From assembly GCA_017460175.1 (NCBI GenBank), contig JAFUBO010000004.1, positions 23,592 to 87,591 on the forward strand: DNA of 64,000 bases, read 5' to 3'. A program made the translations under genes and the position numbers. This document shows, in pieces, positions 38,933-48,432 of the stretch. The notes below the pieces were generated by a model. The model was not told the DNA's origin, searched no databases, and saw only the letters and a program-made list of their open reading frames with translations. Position 1 is the first letter of the stretch; each line of letters begins with the position of its first letter. The DNA comes from Bacilli bacterium. Lineage in GTDB: Bacteria > Bacillota_I > Bacilli_A > RF39 > UBA660.

Positions 38933-40786
38933 TTAATCTATTGGTATTAATTTAAATCTTGCTGTTGTTGAATTGTTTTTACCTACTATAATCATATTTT
39001 TTCTTGTAGATACACTATTATTTGTTTGAGGTAGTATATATCCTGTATTACTAGATGATGTTGGAACTACTGTTTCAATAATATATGTATTATTACCTAC
39101 AGGAATTATATGCCATATTTGTTTTTCATTTCTATTTTGATTATCAAATGAATTTGAAGCAATGAGTGTAGTATTTGTTTTATTTAAATCACTTAATTCC
39201 AAAGCTTTATAACCTGAAAGATTTAATATTTTATATTCATTATCATGTCCTTGATTAATATTAGAATCTGTAATTTTTTCAATTGACCATTTTTGTTTAA
39301 CAGAACCGTTAAGTGTACTAATATCAATTGAAGTAGAATTTGTATTATTAGTTATAACTTTATTTTCTGAAAGAACAGGTAATATATAATAATTTCCTAT
39401 ATCTGGTAGTGTTTGTGTTGCGTCTGGTTGATAGGCAGATACTCTGATACCTGTTTTTGTTTCAGTTTCTGAAATTGTTGTATTTTGCCCTAAATTTTTA
39501 ATATATTGCCAATTTACTCCATCATTTGATACTTGAATAGTATTATCATTATAATCAATACCTGCAACTGGTTTATGGAATATTGCAATTTCATCTAAAT
39601 CGTGATTTTCTTGTAGGTCTAATGTTGCACATTTTGAACTACCTTCTGTAGAATATGTTAAAGTTTTTCCTGACGCTACATTAATTCCTTGTTTTACAGC
39701 AGTTATTTTTTGCCATGTAATATTATCTATTGTTGGTGTTGAACCACTTGTACAATCTTTAATATATCTAATATTGTTAAATTTTTCATTTTTTCTAGGT
39801 AATGATTGATTATTTTCAGTTTTCGATAAAACTTTTGTTATTTTTGCTTTACCATTAGCAAGATTAACTCCAGGAAGCATTATTCCATTAACAAAATAAT
39901 ATGTTTTTACTAAGTTTCCGTATGTAAAGTTACCATCTTCTATATTAGTTCTTTCATAATATTGATAGCATGGCGATGAAGTAGTTATTCCTTTATCTAA
40001 TCCATATGCTCCTGCATATCCTGCAATATATGAAGCACCACCAGTATTTGCTTTTGCACTAGGATAAAATCCATCTCCTCCATTGTTTGTCGCTAAAGGA
40101 GAAGGAATATTAACTCCTAAATGTTGTTCATCTCTATGAACATCACTTGGTTCATAGTCTTTAGTAATTCCAATTAAAGTTCCATTTGAATAATTATTGG
40201 TGTCTGTTGCTGGGGTTAATCCATAGTCTATATTTGGTTCTTGTATATTAATTGAACCACCATATGATTTCATTTTATCGTTATATCCATATAGTGTACC
40301 ACCAGCAGAATCACTTTCACTTCCACCACCGGCAGCAACCATTATTCTTGATTCATATGATATTTCGCTATTATAGGCACCTTTATATATTCTTACATCT
40401 GTTTCTCTTCCAGAACCACTGGTCTTATGTTTTGGTACATAAAAATATAATGTTTCTCCTTCCTGTAATTCAATTATTCCAGATGTATAGGCACCCCATC
40501 CTCCAGCTGCACCACCTTGGCTACCCCATAGTTCTATTTTATACCATCCTGTTTCTGGTACTATGTATTCTTGGGCAGTAGGCATATCTCCTTCTGTTGC
40601 TTGAAATACTGTATCTGTTTTACTAAATCTATTTAATTCGTCTTCTATACTCTTAGATAAACTACTTGTATTTGATCTAGTTTGAGCCATAGTTGCCATT
40701 AAAATCGCAACTATCATTATTCCCATAATTGCTAAACCATATATTAATGTAGATATCGCAAACCCTTTATTATTCATCTTTCTCAT
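38933..40786 (-). CDS. Surface protein: pilin-like hydrophobic N-terminus + Gly-rich (ALK/LTK GRD-like) domain + discoidin-like region + C-terminal ricin-B beta-trefoil lectin
   Basis: This 617-aa protein starts 'MRKMNNKGFAISTLIYGLAIMGIMIVAIL'. 'GWYKIELWGSQGGAAGGWGAYTSGIIELQEGETLYFYVPKH...VAAGGGSESDSAGGTLYGY' resembles the Gly_rich fold. The C-terminal ~130 aa carry QxW-type motifs ('QKWSIEKI', 'QIWHIIPV'). Confidence 0.5.
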   Translation of the reverse strand: MRKMNNKGFAISTLIYGLAIMGIMIVAILMATMAQTRSNTSSLSKSIEDELNRFSKTDTVFQATEGDMPTAQEYIVPETGWYKIELWGSQGGAAGGWGAYTSGIIELQEGETLYFYVPKHKTSGSGRETDVRIYKGAYNSEISYESRIMVAAGGGSESDSAGGTLYGYNDKMKSYGGSINIQEPNIDYGLTPATDTNNYSNGTLIGITKDYEPSDVHRDEQHLGVNIPSPLATNNGGDGFYPSAKANTGGASYIAGYAGAYGLDKGITTSSPCYQYYERTNIEDGNFTYGNLVKTYYFVNGIMLPGVNLANGKAKITKVLSKTENNQSLPRKNEKFNNIRYIKDCTSGSTPTIDNITWQKITAVKQGINVASGKTLTYSTEGSSKCATLDLQENHDLDEIAIFHKPVAGIDYNDNTIQVSNDGVNWQYIKNLGQNTTISETETKTGIRVSAYQPDATQTLPDIGNYYILPVLSENKVITNNTNSTSIDISTLNGSVKQKWSIEKITDSNINQGHDNEYKILNLSGYKALELSDLNKTNTTLIASNSFDNQNRNEKQIWHIIPVGNNTYIIETVVPTSSSNTGYILPQTNNSVSTRKNMIIVGKNNSTTARFKLIPID

Positions 40787-40816
40787 ATAAACACTCTCTA
40801 TTCTAGTTTTATTTTA

Positions 40817-41356
40817 TCATATTTTTTTTAATATGACTACATATTTATCTCCATACTTTTTATCTTTAATACATATATAATTACTATCATAAATTATTCT
40901 ATCGAGTCTATCACTTTCACATACTATTATTCCCTCTTTATTCAAAATATCATATTTAGTAATTAATTTAATGGATTCTTCAATATAATTACTATTATAT
41001 GGGGGATCTAAAAAAATAATATCAAATTTTTCGTCTTTTAAATATTCTAGTGCTTTTTTATAATCCATATTAAGGACATCAGTATCATTAATACCTATAT
41101 TTTTAAGATTTTTTTCAATTGTTTTAATTGCTTTATAATTAGAATCTACTAAAATTATTTTTTTTGCTCCTTCGGATAATGCTTCTATACCTAGATTACC
41201 ACTACCAGAAAACAAATCTAAAACTATGCTATTATCTATATAATTTTGAATTGTCGCAAAAAGTGATTCTTTTACTCTATCCATTGTAGGACGAGTACCA
41301 TCTATATCAAATCCTTCTATATTTCTTCCTTTATATTTTCCACTAATTATTTTCAT
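40817..41356 (-). CDS. rsmD: 16S rRNA (guanine966-N2)-methyltransferase RsmD
   Basis: 'LDLFSGSGNLGIEALS' (SAM motif I) and 'IIFLDPPY' are present. It is 179 aa. Confidence 0.8.
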   Translation of the reverse strand: MKIISGKYKGRNIEGFDIDGTRPTMDRVKESLFATIQNYIDNSIVLDLFSGSGNLGIEALSEGAKKIILVDSNYKAIKTIEKNLKNIGINDTDVLNMDYKKALEYLKDEKFDIIFLDPPYNSNYIEESIKLITKYDILNKEGIIVCESDRLDRIIYDSNYICIKDKKYGDKYVVILKKI

Positions 41357-41637
41357 TTACTACACTTACCTTTATTGTTTATTTCTTTTAATTTTTTATT
41401 AATTTCTAATATTATAAAATTGCATTCTGCTTCACTGTGTTTATATTTTTGAAATAATGAATTATTTATTATTTTATTCTTCAATTCTAAATCATTTGTT
41501 TCTTGGTATTTTTTAATTTCTTCTAATAACTCCTTATCTTTCATTATTTCTTCATTGATTTTCTTTAAATTGACTATTTCTTCATTTTTATCTAGTGTTT
41601 CTTTTAAATCTTCAACTTTCTCTATTAATTCATTCAT
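41353..41637 (-). CDS. Hypothetical coiled-coil protein (possibly YheA/YmcA/YlbF-like)
   Basis: This 94-aa helical protein is K/E-rich with a terminal Cys. Its family is uncertain. Confidence 0.3.
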   Translation of the reverse strand: MNELIEKVEDLKETLDKNEEIVNLKKINEEIMKDKELLEEIKKYQETNDLELKNKIINNSLFQKYKHSEAECNFIILEINKKLKEINNKGKCSK

Positions 41638-41658
41638 AAGTTTATTTTACCATAAAAA

Positions 41659-41880
41659 TTATTCTATTACACTCATAAATGTATTTATAAGATTAATAGT
41701 ATTTTTAAAATTTTCCATTTTATCAATAATGGTTAGTTTATATTTCATTCTAGCTAATCTTTCGATTTCTTTAATATAATTATTATCTCGATAAAGATAT
41801 TTATAATGATATGATTCTTCTCTTAAAAATCTATTTATTATTTCATTATTTTTAATAATATATATTATTTCTTCACTCAT
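41659..41880 (-). CDS. Hypothetical small protein (73 aa)
   Basis: I see an ORF only. Confidence 0.3.
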   Translation of the reverse strand: MSEEIIYIIKNNEIINRFLREESYHYKYLYRDNNYIKEIERLARMKYKLTIIDKMENFKNTINLINTFMSVIE

Positions 41881-42227
41881 TATTTTTCAAACCTCTTATA
41901 TATTGGTTCGGATTCATAATTATTTTTATTAGTTAATCCAATGTCTTGGAGTAATCCAATTGTTTTTTCAATATTACTAATTCCTTTTTGTACTGAATCC
42001 ATATCTATGTTTTTAAGATTATATATAAAATCTTTTAGAGTTGATGCACTACTATTAATTTGATCTGTTATAGAAGGTTTTGTGAAATAATTGTTCCAAA
42101 TATTATCATTTTCTCCATATATTTCATATATTTCATATAATTGTTGCCATGATGCATCTCCTTTTAATACAGTATCTGCTAATTCTGGATGTGTTTTTGC
42201 AAATTTTTTAAATGTTTCTTTTGACAT
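41880..42227 (-). CDS. Hypothetical protein (115 aa)
   Basis: I see an ORF only. It is coupled (overlapping stop/start) to the 73-aa gene. Confidence 0.35.
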   Translation of the reverse strand: MSKETFKKFAKTHPELADTVLKGDASWQQLYEIYEIYGENDNIWNNYFTKPSITDQINSSASTLKDFIYNLKNIDMDSVQKGISNIEKTIGLLQDIGLTNKNNYESEPIYKRFEK

Positions 42228-42260
42228 ATTATCACCTATATAAATATATGATAAAAAAAA

Positions 42261-42290
42261 GAAAAGACGACTTTTATTTTAAAAAGTCAT
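42261..42290 (-). terminator. Rho-independent terminator after parC (GACTTTT-atttta-AAAAGTC, followed on minus strand by U-run)
   Basis: The hairpin is read directly. Confidence 0.5.
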
Positions 42291-44841
42291 CTATTGTCAT
42301 TAATCTATCATCTATTTCAGATAATGATATTTGATCTTTTTTAGGTATTTTTTTTACTTCAACTTTATCTTCTTCAACTATAGAATTGTCATCAATTAAT
42401 TTTTCTTGAGTATTTACTTCTTTAGTTAATGTTGAAACTATAAAGGCATCTGTTAAAGCATGTTTAGATATCTGACTACCAGTAGAATATCTATCTGCTA
42501 TAGGTAGTTCAGTTAATTTAATAACATTGATATCTCCATTTTTTAATCCTAAATGTTTTCTAGAATCATCTATAAATGTTGTTAATACTTCATATGGATT
42601 AGACTTGACTTCACGAAGAACTTGAATACCACGTCTTGTACGTGTCGAGATTGGAAATTCATTTAATCTTACTCTCTTACCAGTACCTTTAGTAGTTATA
42701 ATACTAATAAATTCATGTTCATTATATGAGAAATTATTTACAGATACTAAATAATCATCTTTTAATTTCATTGCTTTAACACCAGCTGCTTTAACACCAA
42801 TTACTGGTATTTCATCTGTTTTAAAGCTTAGCCCATAACCTGTATTTGTTGTTAGGAATACTGAATCATATTCTTCTAGTACTGCACTAATCACTTGATC
42901 ATTGTCTTTTAATTTCATACAGCTTGTTGCTTTATTATATCTTTGTAATTTAAATTCTTTTAATTTAGAACGTTTAATAATACCATCTTTTGTAGTAATA
43001 ATAATATTTTTGTCACTTGAGAAGTCATAAGCTGGTATTGCAGATATAATTGATTCTTCGGCAGGAACTTCTATTACATTACTAACATGTTTTGGCATAT
43101 CTTTCCATTTTAAGTCTGGTATTATATGAACTGGAATATGTAAATAATTTCCTCCAGTAGTAAATACTAATAATGTGTCTGTAGTATTCATCTCATATAA
43201 ACCAATTAAATAATCATTTTCTTTTAAAGTTATATCATCATCATTTGATGCTGTATAACTTCTATATGAAGTACGTTTGATATAACCATCTTTTGTAACG
43301 GCTACTATAACATCTTCTTTAGGTATCATAGCAGATTCATCTATTTTAATTTCTGTTATTTCTTCTTTTATATCTGTAAGACGTGGTGTATCATATTCTT
43401 TCTTAATATTTTGTAGTTCTTTTTTCATTACATGTTTTAATGCTTCTTCATTATTAAGAATTTGTTCCCAAATAGATATTTTCTTCTCTAAGTCAGCTAA
43501 TTCTTCTTCTAACGCTACTACATCTGTATTAGTTAATCTATATAATTGTAATGTTACAATAGCTTCTGCTTGAGGTTCAGTAAATTTAAATTCTTTTACT
43601 AAGTTATCTTTGGCATCAGATTTATTTTTAGAAGCACGAATTACTTTAATTACTTCATCTAAAATAGATAAACATTTAATTAAACCTTCTACTATATGAT
43701 ATCGCGCTTTAGCATGTTCTAAATCAAATAAAGTTCTACGTCTAACTACTTCTTTTTGATGTGCAATAAATGCATCTAGGGCTTCTTTTAATCCTAATAA
43801 TTTAGGTCTTCTATTTACGATAGATACTACATTAAAGTTATAACTGATTTGCATATCTGTGTTTTTTAATAAGTAATTAATAATTAAATCAACGTTAGCT
43901 GTTTTCTTTAATTCAATTACAATACGAATATCACTAGCTGATTCATCTCTAACTTCAACTATTCCTTCTACTTTTTTATCTATTCTTATGTCATCAATTT
44001 TTTTAACCATTAAAGCTTTGTTAACTTCAAATGGTATTTCTGTAATAATAATTTGTACACCATTCTTTGTATTTTCTAATGTATATCTACTTTTAATTAT
44101 AATACGTCCACGGCCTGTTTCATAAGCTTCGCGAATTCCATTAAGTCCTTCTACTATTCCGCCTGTAGGAAAATCTGGTCCTTTGACATATTTCATTAAT
44201 GTATCTAACTGACAGTTAGGATTATCAATTCTATGAATTGTAGCATCTACTACTTCTCCTAAATTATGTGGTGGAATATTAGTAGCATATCCTGCAGATA
44301 TACCTTGAGCACCATATACTAATAGTGCAGGGAATCTTGCTGGTAGGACAGTTGGTTCAACTGTTGTGTCATCAAAGTTAGGTGCAAACTCGACTGTATT
44401 TTTCTCTATATCACGAAGCATTTCATTAGAAATTTTTGATAATCGTGCTTCTGTGTAACGATATGCAGCAGGAGAATCACCATCTATTGAACCGTTATTA
44501 CCATGCATATCAATATAAGGTAATCTTGTTTTCCAAGGTTGAGACATACGAACCATGGCATCATAAATTGATGTATCACCATGTGGATGGTAATTACCGA
44601 TAACGTCACCAACAGTTTTTGCTGACTTACGATAACCTTTATCGTACGTATTATGTTCTTTATGCATTGAATATAAAATACGTCTTTGAACTGGTTTTAA
44701 ACCATCTCTAGCATCAGGAATAGCACGATCTTGAATAATATATTTAGAATAAGATCCAAAGCGTTCTCCCATTATATCTTCTAGAGTATAATCAAAAATC
44801 TTTTCAATTACCTTTTCTGTTTCAGTTTTCTTTTTTGGCAT
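42274..44841 (-). CDS. parC: DNA topoisomerase IV subunit A (type IIA topoisomerase A subunit; GyrA box absent)
   Basis: The N-terminal 'DGLKPVQRRILY' is present and the catalytic Tyr lies in 'AAYRYTEARL'. I see no QRRGGKG GyrA-box at the start of the C-terminal domain. It lies immediately downstream of a GyrB/ParE-type gene. It is 855 aa. Confidence 0.75.
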   Translation of the reverse strand: MPKKKTETEKVIEKIFDYTLEDIMGERFGSYSKYIIQDRAIPDARDGLKPVQRRILYSMHKEHNTYDKGYRKSAKTVGDVIGNYHPHGDTSIYDAMVRMSQPWKTRLPYIDMHGNNGSIDGDSPAAYRYTEARLSKISNEMLRDIEKNTVEFAPNFDDTTVEPTVLPARFPALLVYGAQGISAGYATNIPPHNLGEVVDATIHRIDNPNCQLDTLMKYVKGPDFPTGGIVEGLNGIREAYETGRGRIIIKSRYTLENTKNGVQIIITEIPFEVNKALMVKKIDDIRIDKKVEGIVEVRDESASDIRIVIELKKTANVDLIINYLLKNTDMQISYNFNVVSIVNRRPKLLGLKEALDAFIAHQKEVVRRRTLFDLEHAKARYHIVEGLIKCLSILDEVIKVIRASKNKSDAKDNLVKEFKFTEPQAEAIVTLQLYRLTNTDVVALEEELADLEKKISIWEQILNNEEALKHVMKKELQNIKKEYDTPRLTDIKEEITEIKIDESAMIPKEDVIVAVTKDGYIKRTSYRSYTASNDDDITLKENDYLIGLYEMNTTDTLLVFTTGGNYLHIPVHIIPDLKWKDMPKHVSNVIEVPAEESIISAIPAYDFSSDKNIIITTKDGIIKRSKLKEFKLQRYNKATSCMKLKDNDQVISAVLEEYDSVFLTTNTGYGLSFKTDEIPVIGVKAAGVKAMKLKDDYLVSVNNFSYNEHEFISIITTKGTGKRVRLNEFPISTRTRRGIQVLREVKSNPYEVLTTFIDDSRKHLGLKNGDINVIKLTELPIADRYSTGSQISKHALTDAFIVSTLTKEVNTQEKLIDDNSIVEEDKVEVKKIPKKDQISLSEIDDRLMTIDDFLK

Positions 44842-44862
44842 ACTACCACTACTTTCTATTTA

Positions 44863-46770
44863 TTATTGAGCTATTTCATAATCATCTTCTAGAGAGAATT
44901 CTACGTTTTCTTCAATCCACTCTTTACGAGGTGGTACGTCATCTCCCATAAGAATTGATACACGTTTTTCTGCTAATTGTGCATCTTCTATATTTACTCT
45001 TATTAATGTACGACTACCTGGTTTCATAGTTGTTTCACAAAGTTGATCTGCGTTCATTTCACCAAGTCCTTTATAACGTTGAATATCGCATTTTTTACCT
45101 TTAGATTTTTCTTTCATTTCTTCGACTGTATAAGCATACTCTATATCTTTACCACTTTGTATTTTAAATAATGGTGGAAGGGCAACAAAAAGTCTTCCAT
45201 CTTCAATAAGTGGTTTCATATAACGATAAAAGAATGTTAAAAGTAAACATTGAATATGACCACCATCTTCATCTGCATCAGACATGATTATTACTTTAGA
45301 ATACTCGCAATCTTTTATATCAAAATTAGAGCCATATCCTGCACCTATTGTATATATCATTGTATTTATTTCTTCATTTTTTAAAATATCTTCTTCTTTT
45401 GTTTTTTCAGTATTAAGAACCTTTCCACGTAAAGGAAGAATTGCTTGATATAGTCGGTCTCTACCTTGTTTAGCAGAACCTCCTGCAGAATCACCTTCGA
45501 CTAAGAATAATTCCTTTTTATCTTTATCTTTACTCTGAGCTGGTGCAAGTTTACCGGAAAGAGATCTTTCTTTATTGTTTTTCTTAGTACCTTTTCGTGC
45601 TTCTTCTCTTGCTTTTCTTGCAGCTTCACGAGCAATCTTACTTCTTAAACTTTTATTAATTATTTCAGTAGCTATTGCTTTATTTTCTTCTAAGTATACT
45701 TTTAATTGTTCTGTAACAATATTTTCTACTGCATTCTTAGCTTGTGGTGTTCCAAGTTTTCCTTTAGTTTGTCCTTCAAATTGTAGAATTCCTTCAGGTA
45801 TTTTTAAACTAATTACAGCAGTTAATCCTTCACGAACATCACTACCTTCAAAAGCTTTATCTTTTTCTTTTACAAAACCATTTGATTTAGCATAATCATT
45901 AAATACTCTGGTTAAAGCAGTTTTAAACCCAACTTCATGAGATCCACCATCTATTGTCTTAACATTATTTACAAAACTCACTATATTTTCATTATAAGTA
46001 TCTGTATATTGCATAGATATTTCTACATCTATTTTATCTTTTGTTCCATTTATACTTAATACTTTATGCAAAGTATTTTTTCCTTTATTTAAATCTTCAA
46101 CAAATTCTTCTATTCCTCTTTCATAACAGTATTTAGCATCACGATTATCTTCTTCATCGATTACTTCTATAGTGATACCTTTTAGTAAGAAAGCTGATTC
46201 TTGCATTCTTTCACATACTGTAGTAAATGAAAAATTAGTAGTTGAAAATATTTCAGGATCAGGCATAAAACGTACAGTAGTTCCTGTTCTATTAGTTGGT
46301 CCTACTTTTTTTAAAGGCACAGCAACATGACCACCATTTTCAAATCTAATGTATGATTCTTCTTTATCTCTTTTAATGGTTACTTCCATCCGTTTTGATA
46401 AGGCATTAACAACTGAAGAACCAACTCCATGTAGTCCACCTGATACTTTATAACCATCTGATTCAAACTTACCACCGGCATGAAGTACTGTATATATTAC
46501 TTCAGGAGTAGATTTTCCTGATTCATGCATTCCTGTTGGTACACCACGACCATGGTCTTCAACGGATACTGATCCATCTTTATGTAATATAATTTTAATG
46601 TAATCTCCATATCCATTTATAGCTTCATCTACTGAATTATCTACTATCTCCCAAATAAGATGATGTAATCCTCTTTTATCAGTTGAACCTATATACATAC
46701 CAGGACGTTTTCTAACAGCTTCTAGTCCCTCTAGTATTTTAATAGACGATGCATCATATTTACCGGCCAT
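44863..46770 (-). CDS. parE: DNA topoisomerase IV subunit B (GHKL ATPase + TOPRIM)
   Basis: 'GLHHLIWEIVDNSVDE' (Bergerat fold), 'GLHGVGSSVVNALS', TOPRIM 'LFLVEGDSAGGSAKQGRDR' and 'PLRGKVLN' are present. It is 635 aa. Adjacency to parC favours ParE over GyrB. Confidence 0.75.
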   Translation of the reverse strand: MAGKYDASSIKILEGLEAVRKRPGMYIGSTDKRGLHHLIWEIVDNSVDEAINGYGDYIKIILHKDGSVSVEDHGRGVPTGMHESGKSTPEVIYTVLHAGGKFESDGYKVSGGLHGVGSSVVNALSKRMEVTIKRDKEESYIRFENGGHVAVPLKKVGPTNRTGTTVRFMPDPEIFSTTNFSFTTVCERMQESAFLLKGITIEVIDEEDNRDAKYCYERGIEEFVEDLNKGKNTLHKVLSINGTKDKIDVEISMQYTDTYNENIVSFVNNVKTIDGGSHEVGFKTALTRVFNDYAKSNGFVKEKDKAFEGSDVREGLTAVISLKIPEGILQFEGQTKGKLGTPQAKNAVENIVTEQLKVYLEENKAIATEIINKSLRSKIAREAARKAREEARKGTKKNNKERSLSGKLAPAQSKDKDKKELFLVEGDSAGGSAKQGRDRLYQAILPLRGKVLNTEKTKEEDILKNEEINTMIYTIGAGYGSNFDIKDCEYSKVIIMSDADEDGGHIQCLLLTFFYRYMKPLIEDGRLFVALPPLFKIQSGKDIEYAYTVEEMKEKSKGKKCDIQRYKGLGEMNADQLCETTMKPGSRTLIRVNIEDAQLAEKRVSILMGDDVPPRKEWIEENVEFSLEDDYEIAQ

Positions 46771-46871
46771 ATCTTATCACTCCTATGTTTCCACATATAT
46801 TATTATATCGAAGGAAGTGTAAATTTTCAATTGACTTTACTTTATTTTACATTTTTTCTTTATATATCAAC

Positions 46872-46900
46872 AAAAAAAGTATTTACTGGATACTTTTTTT
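46872..46900. terminator. Bidirectional-capable terminator at the end of the Cpn60-like gene (AGTAT-ttactgg-ATACT between A7 and T7)
   Basis: The hairpin is read directly. Confidence 0.45.
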
Positions 46901-48432
46901 TACATTATATTATTATTTATTTCTTCTTTCAAGTTTATAACTAAAGATGACGTAGAAAGTAAAATTGAAGATATACTCAATGCATTTTTAAATGCACATA
47001 TAATAACATCAGCAGGATCAATTATATTACTATTATTTATAGATACATAATCATTTATTTTATAATCATAAACTAAATTATATTTATTTTTAATAATATT
47101 ATTCTTTATATCTTTATAATCTAATCCTAAATTCTCCATAACCTTTTCAAATGGCTTTTCTAAAGATTTTTTAAGTATCATAGATGCTGTATTATCAGAC
47201 TCAAGTATCTCACTTACTTTCAAGTAAGTTATTCCTTCTCCAATAACAATTCCATTTTTTGCAGTTTCTAGTGCACATATTGCATCTTCAAAACGCATTA
47301 ATTTTTCTCTTCTTTCAGATTTAGTAGTACCACCTACATAAATAGTAGTAATTCCTTCTTCTAATTTAGAAATACGACTAGCAATAAACTCTTTTTCATA
47401 ATCACTATTACATGTTTTTAGTTCTTCTTTTAGTTTATTAATTAATTCTATACTATTCTTAGAATCTAGTAATACTATTTCATCATTTTTTATTATTACA
47501 TTATCAATTATGCCTAAGTCACTAAATGTAGTTTCTTCATAATCAATATTCTTAATATTAGATTTTGAAAGGAATGATATATCTTCTTCAATTTTATCTC
47601 TATGGGATGAGTATTCTTCTAATTCTACTACAAAAATATTTTTATGATTAAAGTAATATACTAATACTTCATTTTTAATTTCTTCATTCATAGCTTCTAC
47701 TAGTATTAATAAATTCTTATCATTTTCTAATGCATCATTTACTATATCACTGATTGATTCTAAATTGTCAAAATATCCTTTTAATACTAATACATTAACA
47801 TCTTTTAACTCAATAGTTTTATTTTTTGTAAAATACATACTTGATATATTATTAATTGGAATATTATAACCTTTTTTATTAATACTATATGTTTCTTCAT
47901 TATTTGATTCTTCTAGTTTAATTGAATATTTACTTTTAACTTTTCCAAATATTTCTGTAGTAAGTTTTCCTATTTCATAGTCATTTGATGAAGTAGTTGC
48001 AATACTTAATAAATCATCATCTGTTGGTTCTTGTTTTAATTTATTAATTTCTTCTACTACTTTATTCATACAAGATAATAATTCGTTTTTTAGTACTATT
48101 TTATTTTTACCATTATTTATTTCTTCAAGTCCTAAATTAAAAATGCTTTGTAAAAGTACTAAAGTAGTTGTTGTTCCATCTCCTACTAATTCATTTGTTT
48201 TTAGTGATGCTTCTTTTACTATTTCTAGTACTGTATTAATTTTTTCATCTTCACTTTCTATGTTACTAGCTATTGTTACACCATCGTTTGTGATAAATGG
48301 TGTTACCTCACTATTATTAATTAATATATTATTCCCAGTTGGACCTAAAGTACTTGATACTGTATCACATAATAAATTAACTGCATCACTCATTACTTTT
48401 TTTAATTCTTCTCCGCTTATTACTTTTTTCAT
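46900..48432 (-). CDS. Highly divergent GroEL/Cpn60-family protein (full three-domain architecture, no Gly-Met tail, no adjacent groES)
   Basis: By-eye alignment to GroEL is co-linear. 'LGPTGNNILI' aligns with LGPKGRNVVL and 'FITNDGVTIA' with TITKDGVSVA. 'VGDGTTTTLVL' matches AGDGTTTATVL (ATP-binding). '...GITTIYVGGTTKSE' matches GGVAVIKVGAATEVE and 'IIDPADVI' matches ILDPTKVT. It is 510 aa. It overlaps the upstream gene by 4 nt (ATGA). Confidence 0.6.
   Translation of the reverse strand: MKKVISGEELKKVMSDAVNLLCDTVSSTLGPTGNNILINNSEVTPFITNDGVTIASNIESEDEKINTVLEIVKEASLKTNELVGDGTTTTLVLLQSIFNLGLEEINNGKNKIVLKNELLSCMNKVVEEINKLKQEPTDDDLLSIATTSSNDYEIGKLTTEIFGKVKSKYSIKLEESNNEETYSINKKGYNIPINNISSMYFTKNKTIELKDVNVLVLKGYFDNLESISDIVNDALENDKNLLILVEAMNEEIKNEVLVYYFNHKNIFVVELEEYSSHRDKIEEDISFLSKSNIKNIDYEETTFSDLGIIDNVIIKNDEIVLLDSKNSIELINKLKEELKTCNSDYEKEFIASRISKLEEGITTIYVGGTTKSERREKLMRFEDAICALETAKNGIVIGEGITYLKVSEILESDNTASMILKKSLEKPFEKVMENLGLDYKDIKNNIIKNKYNLVYDYKINDYVSINNSNIIDPADVIICAFKNALSISSILLSTSSLVINLKEEINNNIM

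Noticed and set aside
38933-40786. Assigning the 617-aa protein as a bona fide type IV pilin
   Set aside because: The leader has the G|F junction but lacks the conserved Glu+5 (Thr instead), and no pilus biogenesis genes are nearby. I kept this as a question in the findings rather than a feature call.
42274-46770. Calling the type II topoisomerase pair gyrB-gyrA
   Set aside because: The A subunit lacks an obvious GyrA-box (QRRGGKG) at the start of its C-terminal domain. The B-A pair is not next to dnaA/dnaN/recF. parE-parC adjacency is the usual Firmicutes arrangement. I have annotated them as parE/parC but cannot exclude gyrase without phylogeny.
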